Origin: Chthoniobacteraceae bacterium
Lineage (GTDB): Bacteria; Verrucomicrobiota; Verrucomicrobiia; Chthoniobacterales; Chthoniobacteraceae
Reading direction: 5' to 3'
Length of the DNA stretch: 25,811 nucleotides
Assembly (NCBI GenBank): GCA_040081625.1
Contig: JBEBGD010000080.1
Coordinates: 1-25,811 of the forward strand
In this document: piece by piece, positions 1-10,900 of the stretch
Layout: every line of letters begins with the position of its first letter
Position numbering within the stretch: position 1 is the stretch's first letter
Position numbers and translations under genes: made by a program
The notes under the pieces: model-generated
Databases searched by the model: none
Told to the model about the DNA's origin: nothing
The model's input: only the letters and a program-made list of their open reading frames with translations

Positions 1-3000
1 CTCCTGGCCCGCGATGCTCACGGTGATCTGCGCCGCATCCACGCGCAGGTAAGGCCCGGCGGGCAGCGCGAGCGTGATCGTCTCGCTGACGCCCGGCGCG
101 GTCGTGATCGCGATGCTTTCGTTCACCGCGAAGATCGTGTTGTTCACGCGCACGCTCACGCGGCCGGCGAAGAGCAGGCCGCCCGCGACGTTGAGCTGGA
201 GCGTCGTCGTGATCTCGCCCGCCACGCCGAAGAGCGAGAAAACGAACGCGCCCTTGAGGTTCGTCGCCACCACGAGTCCGTCGCCGAGATTGATCGAGCC
301 ATTGAGGATCGCGAGCCGCGTAATGCGCTGGCCATTCGACTTGATGAGCTGCTCGATCGCGAAGTCGCCGCTGATCTTCTGCCCCGCGATCTCGATGCTG
401 GCGCCCGTGCCTTCGATCCGCATGAACGGCCCGCCCTGCACGGTGAGTGCGAAGGTGCGCTCGCCGATCTTAAAGGTCTCGTTCACCGCTGTCGTCGCCG
501 TGTTCACCGCGATGCGGAAGTCGCCGCCGAACGTCACACCCGGCACCGTGATGCGGATCGTGCCGCCGATCGATCCCGCGAAACTCGTCGGCGTGGAAAT
601 GAACGCGCCTTCTCCGTTCGTCAGGCTCACGAATTCGTTCGTGCCGTCGCCGAGCGAGAGGTGCGCATTCGCGATCACCACGCGCACGACCGGCACGGGC
701 ACCATGCCGGTCGTCGTGAGCACGCGCTCGAATGCGAAGTCGCCGCCGAGCGTCTGCCCCGCGACTCGCACGCTCACGTCCGTGCCTTCGACCCGCAGGA
801 ACGGTCCGCTCGGCAACGCGAGCGTGATCGTCCGGCCACCGACCACGATCGACTCGTTCACAGCGACCGGCGTCGAGTTGACCGCGAGTGTGAACGTGCC
901 GGTGAAGGTCACGTCTGGGATGTTGAAGGTGACGGTTCCGCCGACACGCCCCGCAATGCCCGCGCTGCTCACGACAAAGAAGCCTTCGCCGTCCGCGAGC
1001 GTCACGACATCCGGCCCGCTCGCGTCGGCCTTGATGTGAAGCTGCACATCCGTCGCCGCGACACGCAGCAGCACGGTGCCGTCGGTCTTCGTGAAGCGCT
1101 CGATCGCGAAGTCGGCCATGAGCGATTGCCCCGCGACGGTCAGCGTCACGTCATCGCCCGCGAGCCGCAGATACGGGCCAGCCGGCAGCGTGATCGCACC
1201 CGCGACGGGCACCGTGTCGTTCACCGCGGTCATCGTCGTATTTACCTCGACTGAGAGGCCCGCCGAGAAGGTGAACCCAAGCGCGGGATTCACCGCGACG
1301 GTCGCGGCGAACCGGCCAGCGATGCCCGTCGGCTTGATGATGAAGCCGCCCGTGCCGTTCGTGACGCTCAGGAATTCCGTCGTGCCATCGCCGATGCTCA
1401 GGTTCGCGTCGCTGATGCCGACTTTCGTCACCTTCACGCCGCCGACGAGCTGCTGCTCGAATCCGAAGGTGCCGCTCAGCGATTGCCCCGCAACCGCGAG
1501 CGAGAGGTCGCCGACAAACGACGCCGTCGGCGCCGAGATGGTGCCGCTGGTGATCGTGATTGTGTCGTTCGTGCCGTCCGCTTTCGGGAAGCTCACCGTG
1601 CGATCCGCGCTCGTGTTGTTGAAGCGAACCGTCGCGCTTCCGGTGAAGGTGAAGCCCGAGAAGCCGATGATCTCGATCGTGCCCTCCGCATAGACCGCAT
1701 ACGTGTAAGCGCCCGTCGCGCCGAGTCGCAGCACGCCGACGCGCGCATTCGAAAGCAGCACGCCCTGCGCAGCCGGGTTGCGCGTGTCGGCGCTCAGCTT
1801 CACCGGGCCCTGGCCCATGAAAACGCTGACGCCAGACGCCACGAGCGTGTCGCCGCCCGGCGTGCTCGTGAAGGAAATGCTCTCGCCCTCGATCTCGACG
1901 AAGTCGCCGACGCGGATCGAAAGTCCCGCGACGAAAATGCTGAACGTGCTCGTGCCGTCGGGGAATTGGATGACGAACGTGCGCCCATTTAGCTCGATCG
2001 TCTCGTCCACCGCGACGCCCGTCTTGTTCACGCGCAGACCGATGCTGCCGCCGACTTCGAGGCTGCCCGTCGCCACCGCCACATCGCCAGAGATGAAGCC
2101 CGCGAAGCCCGTCGGTAGGATCACGAACGCGCCCGCGCCGTTCTTCAGCGACTGCCCGGCGACGGCAACGGTCACGTTGTTCACCGCGACGCGCGTCACC
2201 TTCGTCGCGTCCGCGCGCGTGGTCTGGTCGAAGAAGAAGTCGCCCGTGAGCACAGCCGTCTCGTTGCCGATCGTCACGTTCGCGCCGATCACGACTACGC
2301 GGATGAACGGCCCTGCCGGGACCACGAGCGGCACGTCGGTGGCGCCGACCTTGTAGGTCTGATCGACCGGCTGCGTCGCGGTGTTGATCTGGATGCTCAC
2401 CGCTCCGCCGGTGACCGTGAACACGCCCGGCGCGCCGAGCGTCGCGCTGACCGTGAACGACGCCGCCACACCCGCGCGAGTGACGAGCAACGCGCCGGTG
2501 CCGTTGGTCACATTCACGAAGGTCGTCGCGCCGTCCTTGATTTGCAGCGTGAGATTGTTGATCGCCACGCTCACCTGCGTCTCGACCACGCCCGCCACGG
2601 TCGCGGTCGTCTTTTGAATCGTGAACTCCGCGCTGATCGCGAGGCCGAGCACCGTGAGCATCGCGGGCTGGCCGGGCAGCGTCGCGACCTGCACGTAGTT
2701 GCCCGCGGGCAGCGTCAGCGTCGTGCTCACGCCGCCGACGGTGAAGGTCTGGTTCACCGCCGCGCCGGTCGTGTTGATTTGCAGCCGCAGCCCGGCGGAG
2801 AAGGTCACGTCCGGGATATTCACTGCGACGGTGCCGCTCACCTGCCCCGCGATGCCTGCCTGCCGGATGACGAAGGCGCCGCTGCCATTCGTCAACGTCA
2901 CGAAGTCCGTCGTGCCGTCGCCGAGCGCGAGGCTCACGTTGCTCGCCGCGATGCTCACGACGCGATTCGGCACCGTGCCCGTCGCCTCGAAGCTGAAGTT

Positions 3001-6000
3001 GCCGCCCAAGCGCTGGCCGAGGATCATCGCGCTCACGCCGTTGCCTTCGACGCGCACAAACGGTCCGGCCGGCAGCGTGAGCGTGGTCGGGATGCCGGCG
3101 ACATCGAAGGTCTCGTTCACCTCGGCGTTCGTGTTGTTGATCGCGACGGCGAGCGACGCGCTCAGCTCGACATTCGGGATCGTCACCGCCACGTCGCCGC
3201 TCACGCGGCCCGCGAGCCCGGCGGGCGTCATCACGAAGACGCCCGCGCCATTGGTCACGCTGAGGAAGGTTTTCGCCCCGTCGCCGAGCGCGAGGCTCAC
3301 GTCGCGCACGCCGACGCGCACTTTCGTCGCGACCTGCTCGAAGGTGAACGAGCCGCGCAACGTCTGGCCGACCACGCGCAGGCTCACGTCCTCGCCCGTC
3401 ACGCGCAGGAACGGCCCGGCAGGCAGCGAAAGCGTCTGCACGCCGCCGCCGACCGCGATGCTCTGGTTCACGGCGTCGAACGTATTGTTGATCTCGACCG
3501 TGAACGCGCCGCTGAACGCGACATTCGGCACCGTGACCGCGACCGTGCCGCCGAAGCGCGCGGCGACACCCGCCGTCGTGAGGAGGAGGAAGCCGGAGCC
3601 ATTCGTCACATTCACCAGGCCGCTGCCGAGGCTGAGCGAGACATTCGAAAGGCCGACGCGCACAAGGCCGGTCGTCTGCTCGATCGCGAAGTTTCCGCTG
3701 AGCGTCTGGCCCATCACCGCGAGCGAAACACCCGTGCCTTCGACACGCACGAACGGTCCGGCGGGCAGCACCAGCGTGCTCGTCGCCGCGCCGATCTTGA
3801 AGGTCTCGTTGACCGGCGCCGTCGTGTTGTTGATCCGCAGCTTGAACGCGCCGGAGAAATCCACGTTCGGGATGCCGAGCGTGATCGTCACGTTCACCTC
3901 GCCCGCGAATCCGGCGGGCGTGATGAGGAAGTTTCCGCCGCCCGTCGCGGTGAGGATCGCCGGCGGGCCACCGAGCGAAAGCACCACATTCGCCGCCGCG
4001 ACGCGCACGATTTTCTGCGCACCGATGGTCTGCTGCTCGAAGGTGAAGTCGCCGCGCAGCGTCTGACCCGCGACGCTCAGCGCGAGATTGGTGCCCGTGA
4101 ACTGCACGTAAGGCCCGCCGGGCACGTTCAGCGTCACCGTGCGCGAGCCGACCGTGAAGGTAGTATTCACCGGCGCCGCACCCGTGTTGATGAGCAGGCT
4201 CACGTCGCCGCTGAAGCTCACGCTTGGCACGTTCAGCGCGACCGAGGCGGTGAGGCTGCCGGCGAGCGCGGTGCCGTTGATGAGCAGCGCGCCTTCGATG
4301 TCCGTCACGGCCACGAGCCCGTCGCCGAGTTGCACGTTGCCGCTTGTCAGCGCTACGCTCACGACCTTCACCGCACCGCTCGTCGCCTGTTCGAAGGCGA
4401 AGTCGCCCGCGATATTCACGCCCTGGAAAGTGAGCCGCGCATTCAGCGCCTCGACACGCACATACGGCCCGGCGGGCAGCGTGAGTTGCACGGTCTTCGT
4501 GCCGATGTTGAAGGACTCATCGACCGCGAGCGCCGTGCTGTTCACCGCGAGCGAGAAGTCCCCGGTGAAGCTGCCGCCGGGCGGCGTGATGGCGACCGTG
4601 CCGCTGATGCGACCCGTGAGGCCCGCCGTCGTGATGACGAACGCACCTTCGCCGTTCCGCACCGTCGCGATCGGCGTCGCGCCTGCCACGATGTCGATCG
4701 ACACGTTCGTCGCGGCACCGCGCACGACCGGCGTGCCGTCGGCGGTGAGGAAACGCTCGAACGCATACTCGCCCTGGATCGACTGCCCCGCGATCACGAG
4801 CGCCGCGGGATTGATGCTGTCCGCGCCGGAAAGCTCGACCCGCATATACGGCCCGGCCTGCACGTCGAAGCTCACCGTCGTCGTGCCGACGGTCACCGAC
4901 TCGGTCACGCGCGCGGCGGTCGAGTTGATCGCGAACGTCCAGCGCGCGTTCGAGAGCGAGACGTTCGGCACATTCACCGCGACGCTCGCGCTCACCCGCC
5001 CGGCGACGCCCGCGGGCGTAAGCAGCAGCGCGCCGTCGATGTCGCTCACCGCGAGCGCGCCGTCGCCGAGATCGAGCGAGCCATTTGCCATCGCGATGCG
5101 CAGGCTGTTCGTCGCGCCGCTCGTCACCTTGTCGAAGCTGATGTCGCCCTTGAGCGTCTGGCCCGCAAAGGCGAGTTCGCCATTGAGCACCTCGAACTTC
5201 GTGACGCGATCGACGGTCGGGAAGCTCAGCGCGATGCCGGGATCGTTCTCGTCGCCGGGGAAGGTCAGCGTTTCGCTGATGATCGTGCCGGTTGTGTTCA
5301 CGAGCACCGTCGCCTGCCCCGCAATCGTCACGCCGCTGATGCCGACAAATTGCACGAGCCCGGTCGCGCTCAGCGCGTAACCGCCCGCGGTGCGGATGAG
5401 CCCGACGCGCGCGTCGCTCACGAGCACGCCGGTTGCGGTCGGATTGAAATCGCCGCTGGCGAGCCGCGCCGGGCCCTGGCCCATGAAGACAAGCAGGTTC
5501 GCGCCGGCGAAGGTGCTGCGCCCGCCGTTGTTCACGAAATTCACCGTGCCCTCGATGGTCACGAAGTTGCCGATGTTCAGAACGAGATCCTCGGCGAAGA
5601 AATTGATGAACGCGCTCGTCGTCGCGACTTCCGTCGCGCTGAACACGATCGGGATGGTGCGCCCGCCGATGGTGACGCTGTCGTTTATCGCGGTCGCGAA
5701 GCTGTTGATGCGGAAGCCTGCGCGGCCGCTCACGTTCACGCCGCTCGCGGCGACGGCCAGGTCGCCGGTGAGGATGCCCGCGAAGCCGCCCGTCGCGCCG
5801 CCGCCCTTCACGATGAATGCGCCCTCGGCGTTCTTGATCCCATCGGTGCCCACGGTGATCGACGCGTCCGCCACAGCGAAGCGCATCGCGACCGCGCCGT
5901 CGGCCCCGACGCTGCGCTCGAAGTAGAAGTCGCCGATGAGCGACACGGTTCCGATGCGCGCGGTGAGATCGAGCACCGCCACGCGGACGAACGGTCCCGC

Positions 6001-9000
6001 CGGGAGGTCGAGCGTGATGCTGCCCGCGCCGACCGGGATCGAGCCGGTGACCGCGAGCGTCGTCGTGTTCACCTCGACGGTCACGCTCGCGGTGATCGGA
6101 TCGATGCCCGGGATCGTGATGCTCACGTTGCTCGCGCTGATGCTGCCCGCGACCCCCGCCGCGCCGACGACAAACGCGCCACTCGCGCCCGTGACCGCCA
6201 CGTAGGTGGTCGTGCCGTCGCCGAGCGCGAGGCTCGTGTTCGCGAGTGCGACCTTCACGCCACCGGATGCGCCGAGCGACTTCTCGATCGTAAAATTGCC
6301 GGTGAGCGTCTGGCCCGCGATCACCACGCTCACTCCCGTCGCCTTCACGCGGACGAACTGGCCGGCATCGACGACGAGGGCGGGAGCGATGCCGGTGAGC
6401 GTCTCGTTCACCGCGGCGCCGGTCGTATTCACCTGCGCGTCGAACACGCCGGTGAAGCTCACGTCCGGGACATTGACGATCACGCTGCCGGCGAAATTGC
6501 CCGCGATGCCCGCGGCGCTGACGATGAAGTTCGCACTAGCGCCCTCGACGCGGACGAGGTCGCCGCCGAGGGCGAGCCGCGCGTTCTGAATGCCGACGTG
6601 CAGGCGCGTCTGGGCGAGCGTGTTCGTCGTCTTCTCGATCACGAAGTCGCCGTTTAGGACGCCGCCGGGGACGGTGAGACTCACGCCGGAGCCGGCGATG
6701 CGGAGGAATTTGCCTGCCGGCAGGCTCAGTTCGACCAGCGTGCCGTTGACCGTGAAGCTCTCGCTGATCGCGCTGGTCGTGTCGTTGAGTTGGAGCGAAA
6801 GCGCGCCGCTGAGCGCGACGCCGGGGATGTTCACGCTCACGTCGCCGCTGATCGTGCCCGCGAGGCCGGTCGCCGCATCGTCGAGCACGAACGCGCCCGT
6901 CGCGTTGCTGAGTGCGGCGATCGGCGTCGTGCCGTCGGTGAGCGTGAAGCCGGCATTCGCGATGACGACGCGAGTGACCTTCGTGCCGGTCGTGCGCGTG
7001 ACGCGCTCGAACGCGAAGTCGCCGAAGACGCGCTGGCTCGCAACCGTGAGATCGACGCCGCGCGCCTCGACGCGGAGGTAAGGTCCGGCTGACAGGTCGA
7101 GCGCAATGGTGTCGCCGCCGATGATGAACGATTCGCTGACCGCGGCGCCCGTCGTATTAATGCTCACGCCGAACGTGCCGGTGAGCGTCGCGCCAGGGAC
7201 GGAGAGCGCGACATCCGCCGCGAGCGAAGCGGCGACGCCCGACGCGCGGACGACGATCGAGCCGCGGCCATTCGTCACGTTCACGTAGATGCCGAGGTTG
7301 AGCGTCACTTCGCTCGCGGCGATGCGCGTGACGGTCGCGCCAGTGTTGTCGCGCACTTGCTCGACGACGAATTTTCCGCTGATCGCCTGCCCCGCGATCG
7401 TGAGCGACGCGGCGGTCGCCTCGCCGATCGCCACGCGCAGGTAAGGCCCGGCGGGCAGCGTGAGCGCGGGCACGGCGGCGGCGGTGTTGTTGATGAGCAG
7501 GCCGACCGTGCCGTCGAAGGCGACGCCGGGCACGTCGATCTGCGCGCGGACCGAGAGGCGCGCAGCGATGCCGGCGTTGTTGAGGATCAGCGAGCCGCTG
7601 CCTTCGCTCAGCTTGACCAGGTCTTTCGTTCCGTCGCCGAATGCCGCCGTGACGTTGCTGGCGGTGACCGTGATTTCATTCGCGCCCTTCGCGAAGCTGA
7701 AATCGCCCATGAGCTTCTGCCCTCCGACCGCGATTTCCAGGTTCGTCGCGGTGAACTGCGCGAACGGCGTCGCACCCGCCACTTCCATCGCCGAGAACAT
7801 GACCGGCACCTCGTGATCCGCGCCGAAGGTGAGCAGTTCATCCACTGCCGAGGTCGTCGTATTGACCCGCACCAGCGCCGTGCCCGAGAAGGTCACGCCG
7901 CTCACACCCACCAATTCGACCGTGCCCATGGCCACCAACGCGTAGGTTGAGGTCGCGTTGTATCTGATGAGGCCGATCGTCGCGTCACGCAGGAGGACGC
8001 CCTGCGCGAGCGGGTTCAAATCGTTGTTCGGAAGTCGGGGCGGACCGCGGCCGAAATACAGCTCGATGCCTTCGCCCGCAAAGGTGTCCTTCGCCGGGGT
8101 CGAGGTGAAGCCGATGCTGCCCTGGATGACGATGAAGTCGCCGATGTTGAGCGAGAGGTTTTCCGCAAAGAACGAGAAGAGCTCGGTCTCGCCGTCGTCG
8201 AAGCGGATCGTGAGCGAGCGCCCCCCGACGGTGATCGTCTCCTCGACCGAGAGGCCGGATTTGTTGATACGCACGCCACCACTGCCCGAGAGGCCCGGAC
8301 CGGTGACGGTGCCGTTCGCGAAGCCTGCGAGACCGCCCGGCGCCGCGCCCGCCGCGGGGAGGAGCACGAAGGCGCCTTCGCCGTTGGTGAGGCCATTGCC
8401 GTCGGAGGCGATGGTGAGGTCGTTGACCGCGACACGCGTGATCTTCGCGCCGCCGGGCCGCGTGGTCTGGTCGAAAGCGAAGTCGCCGGAGATGGTGCTG
8501 CCTGCGAAATTGAGCGTGAGATTGTCCACGAGCACGCGCACGAACGGACCGCCCGGCAGGCCGAGGTCGGTCACGGCGGCGGCGCGGGTGTTGATCTGCA
8601 CTTTCGCGCTCGCGCTCGCATTGAAACCGCCGGGGATGTTCACCGCGACATTCGCGGAGAAGTCCGCGGCGACGCCCTGCGCATCGACGAGCACGTCACC
8701 CGTGCCGCCGGTCATGCTCACGAAGGTGGTGCCGCCATCCGCAAAGCTGAGCGTGCCGCCGGTGATGCCGACTTTGACGACCTGGCCGCCCGCGGTCGTG
8801 AACTGCTGGACGGTGAAGGTGCCGCCGATCGTCGAGCCGAGCACGGTGAGCGAACCGGCGCCGCTCACGCTTGCGGTGCCTGCGCCGCTGTCGAGCGCGA
8901 GACTGAAGGTGCCGCCGAAATCCACGCCGGGCAGTTCGGCATCGAGCGAAGCGCCGTTGACGGAGGCTGCAACGCCCGTCGGGCTAAGCGTGAGGCTGGC

Positions 9001-10900
9001 GCTCGCGGCGCGTGCGGTGACGAAGGTGCCCGCGCCGTCGCCAAACTCGATCTCGAGCCCGCTGACCGCGACCGAGACGTTGGCGCCGGACTTGGTGAAG
9101 GTGAAGTCGCCGCGCACTTTCTGGCCGGCGGCGATGAGGATCGCGTCGCTCGCGGTGAAGCGGAAAAACGGCCCGGCGGGCACGTCGAGCGAGAGCGTGG
9201 CGCCGGCGATGTCGATGCTCTCGGAGACGGCGGTCGCGAGCGTGCTCACCTCCAGGCTGGCAGTCGCCGAGAGCGAGACCCCGGGAAGCGTCACCGCGAG
9301 TGAACCGCTGAACCGGCCTGCAACACCGCCGGCTTCAAACACGAAGAATCCCTCGCCACCGGTGAGCTCGGCGAGCGTGGTCGCGCCGTTCCTGAAGCTG
9401 GCGGTGACGCCGGTCGCGGCGAGCCGCACGACGGATGTGGCATCGCTCGAGCGCGTGGTCTTCTCGAAGGCGAAGCTGCCGCTCAACGTCTGCGGCGCGC
9501 CGCTGACGGTCACAGTCACGACGCCGCTACCGGCGAAGCGAACGTAGGGGCCAGCCGGGACCACGAGCGCGCCGCCAACCGCGAACGTCTCGTTGATCGC
9601 ATCGGGCGTCGTGTTGACGATAAGGTCGAACGTCGCGCTGCTCGCAATCGGCCCGGCAGCGATGGTCACTCCGCCGCTTACACGCCCGGCGAGGCCGGCA
9701 CTGCGGACGATCAGCGCGCCACTGCCGCCGGCCATCGTGACGACCGCCGGCGAACCGAGCGTCGCGCCGACTCCGGTGGCGGAAATCTTCAAGACCTGCT
9801 CGCCGCCGCTCGTCGTGGTGCGCTCGATGCCGAAGCTGCCCGTGAGCGCGAGGCCGGAGACGGTGAGCGTGACCGGATTGCCCACCACCGTCAGGCTGGC
9901 CGGGGCGTCGTCGATGGTGACGGTGAAATTTCCGCTGAAGGCGACGCCGGGGACGTTCACCGTGACGGCGCCGGAGGCTGTGCCCGTCACGCCGGTGGCG
10001 GTGATGGCGAGGTTGGCGGTGCCGTTGGTGAGTTCCGCAAGGGTCGGCGTGCCAAGGGCGAGGCGGACATTGCCGGCCGTCACAGCGAGCGCAGGCGAGA
10101 CGCCTTGGGTGAACGTGAAATCGCCGCCGAGTGCAAAGCCCGCAATGCCGAACTCCAGCGAGCCTGCGACGCGCGAAACACCGGACGCCAAGTCGAGGGT
10201 GTGCGTCACCGGCCCGGCAATCACTGAGCGCTGCACCGGCCCGGCAGTCGTGTTCTTCTGAACCGAGAGCGTGCCCGCGACGGTGACATCCGCCACACCG
10301 ACGAGCGCCGCGGAGCCGCTGGCATCGAAAGCGTAGGTTTGGTTCGAGAGAATCACGAGGCCGAGCGTGCCCCCGCTCAGGCTGATCCCGACCCCCGCAT
10401 TGCCCGCGAAAGCACTCACCCCTGAAGCACCGATGAACACTTCCCCACCACCCGCCTGCACCGCGAAGTCTCCGCTGATGCTCACGAGCGGCGTGGTCAA
10501 AGTCGGGGAACCACCGAAAACGAACGGAGCGCCGGCCACGAACTTGAGCGTGACGGTCTGCGCTCCGACCGTGATCGATTCATCGACCGCCGCCGCCGTG
10601 TTCGAGCGCAGCGCGAGGGTGCCGGTGAAGTTGAGGCCGGTCACGCCGAGGATCGCCGCGGTGCCGGACACGTCGAGCGCGTAGGTCTGGCCGCTGTAGA
10701 GGACGAAGCCGAGTTTTCCGCCCGAGAGGCTCACGCCCTTGTCGTCGCCGGGGGCCGGCGTGCTGGCGCCGACGCCGGCGAGCACGTTGATGTCCGTCGC
10801 GCCGATAAGGAGCTTCTCGAAGGCCCCGCTCCCGTCCACGCCGAGCGACACGGTCACGTCGCCGGTCGCGGTGGTGAAGGTGTGCGTGAGCGTCGTGCCA
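1..10900 (-). repeat. Tandem diverged ~120-aa protein modules (about 30) within the giant CDS
   Basis: Recurring (A/G/S)G(P/N/Q/K)(Y/F) anchor, all in one frame, at 49, 424, 799, 1171, 2305, 2695, 3058, 3409, 3751, 4108, 4462, 4846, 5989, 6355, 6706, 7078, 7441, 8542, 9166 and 9544. Spacing is 342-390 bp within runs. Approximate consensus: LPAGPY/FxRV..IAGQxLxGDFxFEQ..LGDGTTxFV..NG..INTTxxAVNETF. Confidence 0.88.

Noticed and set aside
1..10900. CRISPR array or DGR-like template/variable repeat among the periodic sequences
   Set aside because: The repeats are in-frame, ~360-bp, codon-diverged protein modules. There are no identical short direct repeats with spacers and no cas or reverse transcriptase gene.
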